Shown: in pieces, positions 11,595 to 27,137 of the stretch
Position numbering within the stretch: the stretch's first letter is position 1
Layout: each line of letters begins with the position of its first letter
Source of the DNA: Anaeromyxobacteraceae bacterium
Lineage (GTDB): Bacteria > Myxococcota > Myxococcia > Myxococcales > Anaeromyxobacteraceae
Assembly: GCA_047602405.1 (NCBI GenBank)
Contig: JASGHJ010000002.1
Coordinates: 2,944,001 to 3,008,000, forward strand
Direction: 5' to 3'
DNA length: 64,000 nucleotides
Position numbers and translations under genes: made by a program
Notes under the pieces: generated by a model
Database searches by the model: none
Seen by the model: only the letters and a program-made list of their open reading frames with translations
What the model was told of the DNA's origin: nothing

Positions 11595-13635
11595 TCACGC
11601 CGGCCGCACGTCGACCCGGTTGTCGTAGAAGGTCGAGCCGAACGCCTCGTCGGTGAGGCGCTGCGATGTGAGCGCGTTCACGTTCCGGCCGGAGAGCGTG
11701 TGCTCGAGCCAGGCGACGCCCGGCGCGACCGCGACGCCGGCGGGCACGCCCTCGTCGACGACGAGGCGGAAGGTCACCTCGCCGAGCGCGTTCCAGGCCA
11801 CGACCCGCGCCCCGTCGGCGAGCCCGCGCCGGCCGGCCTCCTCGCGCCCGAGGAGGAGCGGCATCACGCCGTTCCGCTCGCGCAGCTCGGGGCGCTCCTG
11901 GAACGTGGAGTTGAGCGTGTGCAGCGCGGGGGCGGTGACGAGCCGGAGCGGCAGCGGGTTCGCCTCGCGCTCCGCGTGGGACGGCAGGTAGCCCGGCAGC
12001 GGCGACGCGTGGCGAGGGTTCAGGAGCTCGATCCGCCCGGAGGGCGTGCCCCAGGTCTCGCCGCCGTCGGGGCGGCGGGCCCTCGGGGGCGGCGCCAGCG
12101 CGACGGGCTCGCCCGCGTCGAGCGCCGCGCGGTCCACGTCGCGCCACCAGTCCGGGCGGGTGCGGGCCGAGTCGTCGAGCACGCGGGCGATGACCGCGTC
12201 GGCGTCCATCGAGAAGACCGGGTCGAGGAGCCCGAGCGCCCGGGCGAGGCGCCCGACGGTCTCGAGGTTCGGCAAGGACTCGCCCACCGGCCGCACCACC
12301 GGCCGCACCCGCTGCACGGTGTAGTGGCCGTAGGAGCGGTAGAGGTCGGCGTGCTCGAGCGAGGAGGTGGCGGGCAGCACCACGTCGGCGAAGCGCGCGG
12401 TGTCGGTGAGGAACCGCTCGTGCACCGCCAGGAACAGATCCTCGCGCGCGAGCCCGGCGAGCACGGCGTTCTGGTCGGGCGCGACGGCGGCCGGGTTCGA
12501 GCACCAGACGTACATCGCCTTCACCGGGGGACCGCCGCCCGGGTCGCGCAGCACGTCGCCGAGCCCGTTCATCGTGAAGGTGCGGGTCGGCCGCGGCAGG
12601 AGATCCTCCCGCTTCCACCCCGACAGCTCGAACGCCTGCGACGAGGACGTCGACATCCAGCACCCGGCGCCCCGCCCCGGCGCGCCGAGCACGGCCGCGA
12701 GCGCCACCACGGCGCGCATGTTCGCGGCGCCGTTCCCGTGCCGCGACGGCCCGCCGCCGGGCCGGAGCATGGGCGCGCGGGCCCGCGCGAGCACGTGGGC
12801 GAAGCGCTCGATCTCGCCGGGGGGGAGGCCGACGATGGGGCTCGCCCAGGCCGGCGACCACTCCGCGAGCGCGCGGGCCCGGAGCTCGGGCCAGCCCACG
12901 GCCTCGCGGGCGAGGAACGCCTCGTCGGCCATGCCGTCGCGCGCGAGCACGTGGATGGCAGCGAGCGCGAGCGCCCCGTCGGAGCCGGGGCGGACCACCA
13001 GCACCTCGTCGGCGAGGTCGGCGCCCTCGTGGCGGTACAGCTCGACGAGGAGCACCTTCGCGCCCCGCCGCCGCGCGTCCTTGAGCCGCTGGACGAGGTG
13101 GATGTTCGTCGCGACGACGTTCGCGCCCCACACGACCACGAGGTCCGCCCGCTCGAGGTCGTCCGGGCCGGGCTGGGCGGTCGCCCCCATCACCGAGGTC
13201 CAGGCCGCGTCCTGGGCCGGGGTGCAGATGGAGCGCTCCAGGCGCGACGCGCCGAGCGCGTGGAAGAGCGCGAAGCCGGCGTTCCGCTGCACGACCCCCA
13301 TCGAGCCCGCGTAGGAGTAAGGAAGGATCGCCTCGCCGCCGTGCTCGGCCGCCACCACCCGGAACCGCTCCGCGACGAGGCGGATCGCCTCGTCCCAGCT
13401 CGCCCGGCGGAACTCGCCGGCGCCCTTCCGGCCGGTGCGCACGAGCGGCGTGGTGAGCCGCGCCGGCGAGTGCACGCTGCGTTCATACCCGTTCATCTTC
13501 GGGCAGAGCGTGCCCTGGCTGTAGGGGTGGGCCGGGTCGCCTCGCACCTTCACCGCCACCCCGCCCTCCACGCGCACGGAGAGCCCACACGCATCGGGGC
13601 AGTCGAAAGGACAGAATCGAGCGCGGGTCGGCCAT
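11595..13635 (-). CDS. Molybdopterin (DMSO-reductase superfamily) oxidoreductase; +1 frameshift ~13615
   Basis: CPFDCPDAC..GTLCPK Fe-S motif, ADVVLPA, C-terminal molybdopterin dinucleotide-binding region; removing one base gives MADPRSICPFDCPDAC. Confidence 0.85.
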
Positions 13636-13713
13636 GCCGGCACTCTAGTCGAGGTCGCGGGAGCCCACGACGTACCGGGTGGTCGTCCCGCGAACCGGGC
13701 GTCCGAGGTTCGT

Positions 13714-14187
13714 GTGGCCCACGGACACGGGCGTCCCCGGAACCCGGCCCGCTGGTACGTTCGCGGCCACCGAGGGGAGCTTCGCCTGTACGAGACCAAC
13801 GCCACCCGGGTGTACCTGCTCCGCCAGGGGGGCGCCGCGCCGCCTCCCGAGGGGCGCGAGGCGCTGCTCGAGGGCCTGCGCGCCGCCTCGGCCGGCGGGC
13901 CGGTCGCCGTCGTGATCGATCTCGGCGAGCGGCCCTCCTTCGACCCGGGCAGCGCCGCCTGGTGGCTGGGCGTCCTCGAGGACCGCGGGGCCGACGTGGC
14001 GGTGCTGGCGGTGATCACCCGCGCGCGCTCCCTGATGCTCGGCACCCTCGCGTTCTCCGCGATGGTCTCGCTCCGTCACCTCCCGGTGGAGGTGAAGGCG
14101 CTCGCCGACGAGCGCACCGCCATCGACTGGGCGGCGGCCGCGCTCGCGCGGGCCGCCGCGGAGCGCCGGCGCGCGAGCCGGGGGTGA
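13714..14187 (+). CDS. Hypothetical protein (possibly STAS/SpoIIAA-like alpha/beta fold)
   Basis: GC3-biased ORF filling the gap; VVIDL..., LAVI..., AIDWA pattern; start uncertain. Confidence 0.45.
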   Translation: MAHGHGRPRNPARWYVRGHRGELRLYETNATRVYLLRQGGAAPPPEGREALLEGLRAASAGGPVAVVIDLGERPSFDPGSAAWWLGVLEDRGADVAVLAVITRARSLMLGTLAFSAMVSLRHLPVEVKALADERTAIDWAAAALARAAAERRRASRG

Positions 14188-14215
14188 GCGGCGCCCCCGG
14201 CCCTGCGCCCGGCGC

Positions 14216-14629
14216 TCAGAACCGGCCTTGCCAGACCGTGAATGTCTGCAGGCGGCTCTGGTCGCGCCTGCGCTGGTCCAGCGTGAAGCTCTGCCCGTCC
14301 GTGGCGTGCAGCGACACCACCGGGCGCCCCGCCGAGTAGGTCGGACCGGTCGTCGCGTCGACGACGCCCCACACCAGCCCCGCGCCGAGGCCGATCACCG
14401 TGCCCCACGCGAGCGTGCGGCCCCAGTCGTACCCGCTCTCGTCCTGGATCCCCATCTTGTAGAGGATCACGCCGCCGCTCACCGCCGCCCCGACCAGCGC
14501 GCCGGACACCGCGTCGCGCAGCACGAGGCCGGCGGCGCTCGGCCGGTGGTCCACCGCGACGTACCCCTGCGCCGACGCGGTCCCCGCCGCCGCCAGGATC
14601 GCCGCCGCCACGAGCGCCCTCACCGTCAT
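14216..14629 (-). CDS. Hypothetical exported/membrane protein
   Basis: Signal peptide MTVRALVAAAILAAAGTASAQ, two Gly-rich hydrophobic segments, C-terminal ..WQGRF; GGAGGGAG RBS. Confidence 0.65.
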   Translation of the reverse strand: MTVRALVAAAILAAAGTASAQGYVAVDHRPSAAGLVLRDAVSGALVGAAVSGGVILYKMGIQDESGYDWGRTLAWGTVIGLGAGLVWGVVDATTGPTYSAGRPVVSLHATDGQSFTLDQRRRDQSRLQTFTVWQGRF

Positions 14630-14737
14630 GCTCCCTCCCCCGCCGGCCTCGCCGCCGGCGCCACCCGAGACGGTGGGTACGGCGGGCGGGCGGGACAACT
14701 CCACGCGCCTGGCGGCCCGCCGGGTAGAATCCCGGCC

Positions 14738-15718
14738 ATGCGAGCGCTCGTGACGGGGGCGGACGGATTCCTGGGGCGGGCGCTCGTGCGCCTGCTCGCC
14801 CGCAGGGGCGGCGGGCCCGGAGACGAGGTCCGCGCGCTCGTGCGCCGGCCCTCGCCGGCGCTCGAGGCGCTCGGCGCGCGGGTGCTCGTGGGCGACGCGA
14901 CCGACCCGGGCGCGCTCCGCGCCGCGGTCGAGGGCTGCGACGACGTCTTCCACCTCGCCGGCGTCCGCCGGGCCACCGACCCCGAGGAGTTCCGCCGGGT
15001 GAACGCCGGCTCGACCCGGCTCGCGCTCGAGGCCTGCCTCGCGGCGGCGCCCCGGCTCCGGCGCTTCGTGCTCGCGGGCTCGATGGCGGCGGCGGGCCCG
15101 TCCGCGACCCCGCGGCGCGAGGAGGATCCGGTCTCGCCGGTCGAGCCCTACGGCGCCTCGAAGATCGAGGCGGAGCGGATCGCGCTCTCCTACGCCGACC
15201 GCGTCCCGGTCGCCGTCGCGCGACCGCCGCGGATCATGGGGCCGGGCGACAAGGAGAACCTCTTCTTCTTCAAGATCGCGCGCGCGGGGTACGCGGTCGG
15301 CTTCGGCGGCGGGCGGCGGCCGCTCTCCTGGATCGACGTCGACGACTGCGCCCGCGGGATGCTCCTCCTCGCCGAGCGCCCCGAGGCGCGGGGCGAGGTC
15401 TTCTTCCTCGCCTCGCCCGACCTCACCGACGCCCAGGGCCTCATGCTCGCGGTCGCGGACGCGCTGCACCTGACCGTCCGCCGCGTCACCATGCCCGGGC
15501 TCGTCGTCCGCGCGGTGGCGGAGGCCGGCGAGGCGGTGCGCGCCCTGACCGGCCGTCGCTTCCCGCTCAACCGCAAGCTCGCGGCGCAGGCGCTCGCGCC
15601 GGGCTGGGTCTGCGATCCCTCGAAGGCGCGCGCCCGGCTCGGCTTCGTGGCCTCGACGCCGCTCGCCGACTCCGTGGCCCGGGCCGCCGCCTGGTACGTG
15701 CGCGAGGGCCTCCTCTGA
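14738..15718 (+). CDS. NAD-dependent epimerase/dehydratase (extended SDR), elb-like cluster gene 1
   Basis: TGADGFLG, FHLAG, YGASK. Confidence 0.85.
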   Translation: MRALVTGADGFLGRALVRLLARRGGGPGDEVRALVRRPSPALEALGARVLVGDATDPGALRAAVEGCDDVFHLAGVRRATDPEEFRRVNAGSTRLALEACLAAAPRLRRFVLAGSMAAAGPSATPRREEDPVSPVEPYGASKIEAERIALSYADRVPVAVARPPRIMGPGDKENLFFFKIARAGYAVGFGGGRRPLSWIDVDDCARGMLLLAERPEARGEVFFLASPDLTDAQGLMLAVADALHLTVRRVTMPGLVVRAVAEAGEAVRALTGRRFPLNRKLAAQALAPGWVCDPSKARARLGFVASTPLADSVARAAAWYVREGLL

Positions 15719-15848
15719 ACGGGCGTTTCCTGATCCGCCCATGCCGAGCGTAGGCTTCCGGCTGCCGCACGGCGGCCGGAAGCCGGAGTCGAGGCACCAA
15801 CGGTCCACTTGCGCGGGGGGCCCCGCCCGGTCTACGACCTCCCATCCC

Positions 15849-16523
15849 ATGGAGAAGCAGAAGGCGGCGTTCTTCGACGTCGACGGCACCCTGGTGAGCA
15901 CGAACATCGTGCACGCCCAGGCGTACTACGCGATGAACCAGGGGACGATCCTGGGCACCGCCTGGAAGACCTTCAAGACCGTGGCGTCGGTGCCGCTCTT
16001 CATGGTCACCGACCGCGTCAACCGGAAGGTCTTCAACGAGCTCTTCTACCGGTACTACGAGGGGCAGAGCGAGGACCGCCTCGAGGGGCTCGCCTCCGAG
16101 CTCTTCGAGGACGTCCTGAAGCCCGCCATCTTCCCGGGCACGAAGCGGCTCATCGAGGAGTGCCGGCGGACCGGCTGCCGGATCGTGCTCGTGACCGGCG
16201 CGCTCGACTTCACGGTGCGTGACCTCGCGAAGCACCTCGGCGCCGACGACGTCATCGCCAACAAGATGCGCTTCGTGCAGGGCGTCGCGACGGGCCAGGT
16301 CATCCCGCCCATCATCGAGGGCGCCCACAAGGCCCTCGTCATCCGCGACTACTGCGTGCGCGAGAACATCGCCCTCGAGAAGAGCTTCGCGTTCTCCGAC
16401 TCGTTCTCCGACTACCCGATGCTGGCGGTGGTCGGCCACCCCGCCGCGGTGAACCCCGAGCCGAAGCTCGCCCGGGTCGCGCGCGCGTACGAGTGGCCGA
16501 TCGTCCGCACCACCGAGGCCTGA
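15849..16523 (+). CDS. HAD-IB family phosphatase
   Basis: FFDVDGTL, LVTGA, FSDSFSDYPML..AVNP. Confidence 0.9.
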   Translation: MEKQKAAFFDVDGTLVSTNIVHAQAYYAMNQGTILGTAWKTFKTVASVPLFMVTDRVNRKVFNELFYRYYEGQSEDRLEGLASELFEDVLKPAIFPGTKRLIEECRRTGCRIVLVTGALDFTVRDLAKHLGADDVIANKMRFVQGVATGQVIPPIIEGAHKALVIRDYCVRENIALEKSFAFSDSFSDYPMLAVVGHPAAVNPEPKLARVARAYEWPIVRTTEA

Positions 16524-16532
16524 AGACCCACC

Positions 16533-18142
16533 ATGCGCGAGCCCCGCTCCCTCGACCGCTTCTACTCGGCCACCGACCCGATCGTCACCATCGAGCGCGA
16601 CTCCCCGCCGCGCGTGATGTTCTCCGGGGAGGACATCCTCATCGAGGACCTCCCGGTCGGCACGAAGGTCATCTACCCGAAGCCGCCGGTCGCGGGGCTC
16701 TCGAACGTGAAGGCGGCCATCTGGCACGCCATCCACCACCCCGAGGAGAGCCCGCCGCTCCACGCGCTCCTGCGCCCGGGGATGAAGGTCACCATCGCGA
16801 TCGACGACATCTCGCTCCCGCTGCCGCCCATGCGCACGCCCGACGTGCGCCAGCAGGTGCTCGAGGTGATCCTGCCGCTGCTCGCCGAGGCGGGCGTCGA
16901 CGACGTGCACCTCGTCATCGCCATCGCGCTCCACCGCCGGATGACCGAGGCGGAGATGAAGCGGATGGTGGGGCAGAAGATCTTCGACGCCTTCTACCCG
17001 GACCGCTACTACAACCACGACGCCGAGGAGCCCGACGGCTGCGTCACCCTCGGCACCACCGACCACGGCGAGAAGGTCATCCTCAACCGCCGGGCGGCCG
17101 AGTCCGACCTCGTCATCTACGTGAACCTCAACCTCGTGCCGATGGACGGCGGCCACAAGTCCATGGGCACCGGGCTCACGAACTACGAGGGCGTGAAGGC
17201 GCACCACACGCCGCATCACATCCGCAAGAGCCACTCGTACATGGACCCCGAGCGCTCCGAGATGCACCGCTCGGTGGACCGCATCGGGCGGATGATCGAC
17301 GAGCACGTGGACGTCTTCCACATCGAGACGACCATCAACAACCGGATGTTCGACGGGCCGCTCGACTTCCTGATGAAGCGCGAGGAGCACTTCACCGAGC
17401 TCGATCGGCTCAAGGCGGAGGGCATGCGGGCGATGCTGAAGCGGCTGCCCGCCGCCGCGAAGCGGAAGATCTTCCAGGCGGTGCCCGCCGCCTACGACGT
17501 CATCGCGGTCGCGGCGGGGCGCACCGAGCCCACCCACGCGAAGATCCTCGAGGCGTCCTGGAACCAGTACGCGGTCGACCTCGACTTCCAGGCCGACATC
17601 GCCATCATCGGGATCCCGTTCGTGTCGCCGTACAACGTGAACTCGATCCTGAACCCGCTGCTCGTGCAGGTGATGGCGAGCGGGTACTTCTTCAACTTCT
17701 ACCGGGGGAAGCCGCTCCTCAAGAAGGGCGGCACCCTCATCATCACCCACCCGTGCTCGGACAGCTTCGATCCCGAGCACCACCCGAGCTACATCGAGTT
17801 CTTCCACCGGCTCCTGCCCGAGACCCGCGACTCGCAGGTCCTCGAGCGCAAGTACGAGCGCGAGTTCGCCGAGAACCCGGCCTACGTGCACATGTACCGG
17901 ACCGGCAACGCGTACCACGGCGCCCACCCGTTCTTCATGTGGTACTGGGGCGAGAACGGCCGCCGGCACATGGGCCGGATCATCGCGGTCGGCGCCGACA
18001 ACGAGCACGTGCCGCGCATGATGGGCTGGGACTCCGCGCTGACGCTCTCGGAGGCGATCGACATGGCCCGCTCGGTCCACGGCCGCGGCGCCGAGATCGC
18101 GATGCTCCACGTGCCGCCCATCCTCATGACCCAGAACCTCGG

Positions 18143-18146
<4 letters not shown>
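16533..18146 (+). CDS. Lactate-racemase (LarA/DUF2088)-domain protein
   Basis: [27 protein letters not shown] motifs of the LarA N-terminal fold. Confidence 0.75.
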
Positions 18147-22759
<4,613 letters not shown>

Positions 22760-22763
<4 letters not shown>

Positions 22764-23776
22764 GCAACGTGCTCGTCACCGGCGCGACCGGCTTCCTCGG
22801 CACGCACCTCCTGCCGCTCCTCCTGCAGGCCGGGCACCGGGTGCGCGCGCTGCAGCGCTCGGACGCGCCCGCGGCGCGGAAGCTCGGCGCCGAGGTCGTG
22901 CAGGCGTCGGTCTCCGACGCCGACGCCGTGAAGGCCGCGCTCGACGGCGTGGACGCCGTCTTCCACCTCGCGGGCCGCGTCGACTTCGACCCGGGCAACC
23001 CCCGCGCGCTCTACGACCTCCACGTGAACGGCACGCGGGTCCTCCTCGAGGCCTGCGCCGCGGCGGGCGTGAAGCGCGTCGTGATGGCCTCGACCTCCGG
23101 GACCATCGCGGTGTCGAAGGAGGAGCGCGTCGCGACCGAGGACGACGACTACCCCATCGTCACGGTCGCCGACTGGCCCTACTACCTCTCGAAGATCTAC
23201 CAGGAGAAGGCCGCGCTCCGGATCCACCGGGACACCGGGCTCCCGCTCGTGTGCCTCAACCCGTCGCTCCTCCTCGGCCCCGAGGACGCGCGGCTCTCCT
23301 CGACCGACGTCGTCTACAAGTTCCTCGAGAAGCGCATCCCGGCGATGCCGTCGGGCGGCATCTCCTTCGTGGACGCCCGCGACGTCGCCGCCGCGTTCGT
23401 GGCCGCGCTCGAGCGGGGCCGCCCCGGCGAGCGCTACCTCCTCGGCGGCGCCAACATGAAGTTCTCCGAGTTCTTCAAGCGCCTCTCGCGCATCTGTGGC
23501 GTCGAGGCGCCGGTGCTGAAGCTCCCGACGAAGCTCAACGTCGCCGGCGCGAAGCTCCTCGAGAAGTGGCACGGCTGGCGCGGCTCCGAGCCCGACCTCG
23601 ACGCCCACTCCACCGAGATGGGCGAGCGCTGGTGGTACTGCGACTCCTCGAAGGCCGAGCGCGAGCTCGGCTTCGCGCCGCGGGATCCGCAGGAGACGCT
23701 CGTCGACACCGTGCGCTGGCTGGAAGCGAACGTGCGGCGGCGGGAGAAGGCGTCGGGCGTGTTCCTGCCGGGGTGA
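22760..23776 (+). CDS. NAD-dependent epimerase/dehydratase (dihydroflavonol-reductase-like SDR), last elb-like gene
   Basis: TGATGFLG, YYLSK; ATGA overlap with elbD. Confidence 0.87.
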
Positions 23777-23780
23777 CCCG

Positions 23781-24332
23781 TTGATCCCGACCGGAACCAC
23801 ACCAGTGGTGCGCGAGGGGGTTGAGCGGGCGCGCTCCGACATCGCTGCGCGCATCTCACCGCTCGGCTTCGCGCGCACGTTCAAGGGGCTCTGGACCCGT
23901 CCCCACGCGCTGACGATTGACTGGGTCTCCGTCGACCGCCACGGCTCCAGCTACGGAGCGCCGCTGACCTTCTCGGTCGACCTCCGCCTGCAACTCGGGA
24001 TCGACCTGCTCGACGGCCCGATGAAACGCGGCGCCTGGGGCCCGTCGAGCGACCCTGCTCATCTCAGGGCCGGCCGGTACCACCTCAGATTCAACGCCCG
24101 GAGCGGCAGCACCTACGAGCGCTGCATCGACGACCTCGCCCGGTTCGTTTCGGAGCTGGGCGAGCCCTGGTTCGCCCGGCTCGCGGCCCCCGAAGCTCTC
24201 GTCGCCGAGTTCGTGGCTCAGCAGGTTCCTGACGCGCGCGAGCGGATGGATGCGCTCCGCTCAGGCCGGGTCGACGCCGCGACGCGTGCGGCGACGCTCG
24301 AGGCGAAGGGCGTGAAGGCTCCCGCGTGCTGA
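23781..24332 (+). CDS. Hypothetical protein (DUF4304-like pattern)
   Basis: ISPLGF..W..; C-terminal GEPWFARL; weaker GC3 bias than neighbours. Confidence 0.5.
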   Translation: MIPTGTTPVVREGVERARSDIAARISPLGFARTFKGLWTRPHALTIDWVSVDRHGSSYGAPLTFSVDLRLQLGIDLLDGPMKRGAWGPSSDPAHLRAGRYHLRFNARSGSTYERCIDDLARFVSELGEPWFARLAAPEALVAEFVAQQVPDARERMDALRSGRVDAATRAATLEAKGVKAPAC

Positions 24333-24425
24333 CGTGAAGGTGCGCAAGATGGCCGACCCGGCACACTCTTGAATTCGGCAGAGGTGCCCTCCCCGGGAAG
24401 GCGCCTGGCCGAGGCGCCGCCTTCC

Positions 24426-24797
24426 TCACGGCGCCGCCCAGGTCCCGCCGTAGTAGGTGCACATGGCGCCCGCGGCCGTGAGCGTGAAGGTGGGTGGGTA
24501 GAACCAGACCTCGATCGTCGTCGTGCTGCCGCGCACCACGGTGCACTTCCCCACGGCGTCGGTCGGGTTGCAGGTGACCCCGAGCGTTCCGCCGGCGTTC
24601 CCGCACTCGAACTCCACGTTGTGGACGTCGTCGGCAGCGAAGGCGCCGGTGAATGCGTAGTGCGAGCACTGACCGGAGATCGTGCGCTCGTCGCAGGAGG
24701 TCCGGAGCGGCTGCGGGGTGGTCTCGCCGTCGTGGCCGCCGCCGCAGGCGGCCAGGGCGAAGGCGAGCGCGAGCGGAGCGGCGTGGACGGGGCGCAT
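24426..24797 (-). CDS. Small Cys-rich lipoprotein
   Basis: MRPVHAAPLALAFALAAC lipobox; six further Cys; C..YGGTW end. Confidence 0.65.
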   Translation of the reverse strand: MRPVHAAPLALAFALAACGGGHDGETTPQPLRTSCDERTISGQCSHYAFTGAFAADDVHNVEFECGNAGGTLGVTCNPTDAVGKCTVVRGSTTTIEVWFYPPTFTLTAAGAMCTYYGGTWAAP

Positions 24798-24843
24798 GCC
24801 TCGTCCATACCACACCCGCGGTGCGGCCACCCGCGGCGTCCGG

Positions 24844-25773
24844 TCACTCCTGCGCCACCACCGCGACCCCGGCGCGCGCCGCCTGGCGCAGGCGCAGGGC
24901 GTCGCGGCGGGGCGGCTCGCCGAAGAGCCGGCTGTACTCGCGGCTGAACTGGCTCGGGCTCTCGTAGCCGACCGCGAAGCCGGCGCTCGCGGCGTCGCCC
25001 TCCCCGGCGAGGAGGAGCCGGCGCGCCTCGTTCAGGCGGATCCGCTTCTGGAACTGGAGCGGGCTCATCGCGGTGACCGCCTTGAAGTGGCGGTGGAAGG
25101 AGGAGGGGCTCATGCCCGCGCGCTTCGCGATCGCCTCCACGCGGAGCGGCTCCCGGTGGTGCTCGCGGATCCAGCCGATCGCCCGGCCCACCCGGGCGGC
25201 CGGGGAGTCGGCGAGCGCGATCCTCCGCAGGAGCGCGCCCTGCTCGCCGTCGAGGAGCCGGTAGAGGAGCTCGCGCTCGGCGAGCGGCGCGAGCGCGGCC
25301 GCGTCGCGCGGGCGGTCGAGGAGCCGGGCGAGGCGGAGCACGGGGTCGAGGAGCTCCGGGGTGATCGGGCTCACCGCGAGCCCCGCGCCGGTGGCGGGCG
25401 CCGGCGCGCGGCCGCCGGGCAGGTCCAGGAGCACGCTCGCGAGGAGGGCCCGGTCGAGCTTGAGGCAGAGCGCGAGCATCGGCGCGCGCGGGCTCGCGCG
25501 CACGATCTGGCCGGTCGCCGCCAGGTCCACCGACACCGCGAGGTACTTGCCCGCCTCGTAGTCGTGGCTGCGCCCGCCCATCGCGACGCGCTTCGCCCCC
25601 TGCGCGATGAAGCAGACGTTCGCGTCGTAGACGAGCGGCGCGGGGCGGGTCGGCGCGGTGGCGCGCAGGAGCCGCACCCGCGGCACCGCGGTCTCGAGGC
25701 GCGGCGCGGTGCAGTGGCGGTCGACGAGCTCGCGGAGCTCGGCGAGGCCGCTGCGGTCGAGGAGGTCGGGCAT
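24844..25773 (-). CDS. AraC-family regulator (YqhC-like, AraC_N domain)
   Basis: CFIAQGAK, MSPSSFHRHFK, VGYESPSQFSREYSRLFGEPP. Confidence 0.92.
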   Translation of the reverse strand: MPDLLDRSGLAELRELVDRHCTAPRLETAVPRVRLLRATAPTRPAPLVYDANVCFIAQGAKRVAMGGRSHDYEAGKYLAVSVDLAATGQIVRASPRAPMLALCLKLDRALLASVLLDLPGGRAPAPATGAGLAVSPITPELLDPVLRLARLLDRPRDAAALAPLAERELLYRLLDGEQGALLRRIALADSPAARVGRAIGWIREHHREPLRVEAIAKRAGMSPSSFHRHFKAVTAMSPLQFQKRIRLNEARRLLLAGEGDAASAGFAVGYESPSQFSREYSRLFGEPPRRDALRLRQAARAGVAVVAQE

Positions 25774-25908
25774 CCGGGTCACCTGGCAGGATCGTGCAAG
25801 AAGATGCGAGCTTCGGTCTACCGCCGGGGCGGCTCCGGCGCCATGCTTCCGTCCACCGGGACGGACGCCCGCACGGATCGGGCAAGCACCCCCGGAGGAG
25901 ATCCACCC

Positions 25909-26949
25909 ATGCCCATGCACCTCAACCCCCTCGGCGACACCGGCCTGCTGGTCTCGGAGCTGTGCCTCGGCACCATGACCTTCGGCGGGAAGGGCTTCTG
26001 GACCGCCATCGGCCAGCTCGACCAATCGGTCGCGGACCGCATCGTCGCCCGCGCCCTGGACTGCGGGATCAACTTCATCGACACCGCCGACGTCTACTCG
26101 GAGGGGCTCTCGGAGGAGATCACCGGCAAGGCACTGCGCGCGAGCGGGAGGAAGCGCTCCGACTACGTCCTCGCGACGAAGGCCCACGGCCAGGTCGGAC
26201 CGGGCCCGAACGACCGCGGCGCCTCGCGCGGGCACCTCATGGACGCCGTGAAGGAGAGCCTGCGCCGGCTCGGCACCGATCACGTCGACCTGTACCAGAT
26301 CCACGGCCTCGACCCGCTCACGCCCGTCGAGGAGACGGTGCGCGCGCTCGAGGACCTCGTGAAGCAGGGCCACGTCCGCTACGTGGGCGTCTCCAACTGG
26401 CCGGCCTGGCAGATCATGAAGGCGCTCGGCGTGGCCGACCGGCTCGGCTTCCAGCGCCTCGCGTCGCTGCAGGCCTACTACACGATCGCCGGCCGCGACC
26501 TCGAGCGCGAGCTCGTGCCGCTCCTGCGCGCCGAGAAGGTCGGGCTGATGGTGTGGAGCCCGCTCGCGGGCGGGCTGCTCTCCGGGAAGTACGGCCGGGA
26601 CGGCAAGGGCCCCGACGGCTCGCGCCGGGTCGCCTTCGACTTCCCGCCCGTGAACAAGGACCGCGCCTTCGCCTGCGTGGACGCCATGCGCCCCATGGCG
26701 GAGGCGAGGAAGGTCTCCGTCGCGCGCATCGCGCTCGCGTGGCTCCTCCACCGCCCGGCGGTGACCTCGGTGATCATCGGCGCGAAGAACGTCGAGCAGC
26801 TCGAGGACAACCTCGCCGCCGTCGAGGTGACGCTCACCCCGCAGGAGCTCGCGACGCTCGCCGAGGTGAGCGCGCTCCCGCCCGAGTATCCGGGCTGGAT
26901 GCTCGAGCGCCAGGGCGCGGGCCGCGTGCCGCCGTCGCGGGCGCGCTGA
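25909..26949 (+). CDS. Aldo/keto reductase
   Basis: LCLGTMTFG, FIDTADVY, DLYQIH, WSPLAGG; divergent from AraC. Confidence 0.93.
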   Translation: MPMHLNPLGDTGLLVSELCLGTMTFGGKGFWTAIGQLDQSVADRIVARALDCGINFIDTADVYSEGLSEEITGKALRASGRKRSDYVLATKAHGQVGPGPNDRGASRGHLMDAVKESLRRLGTDHVDLYQIHGLDPLTPVEETVRALEDLVKQGHVRYVGVSNWPAWQIMKALGVADRLGFQRLASLQAYYTIAGRDLERELVPLLRAEKVGLMVWSPLAGGLLSGKYGRDGKGPDGSRRVAFDFPPVNKDRAFACVDAMRPMAEARKVSVARIALAWLLHRPAVTSVIIGAKNVEQLEDNLAAVEVTLTPQELATLAEVSALPPEYPGWMLERQGAGRVPPSRAR

Positions 26950-27137
26950 CGTGCCTCGCGCCGAGTTCACGCGTCGTCGCGACATCATATCGCAACGCCG
27001 AGGGTGAAACTCGGCTCCCCCCTCGACCCGATGCTCATGCGGTGCGTCCGTGCCGGTGGGAGGGTGTCGGACGTCTCCGGACGCGTCGAGCCCGCCCCCG
27101 TGCGCGCGGCCCGGAACCGCTCCGGGAGGGGGAAGAC

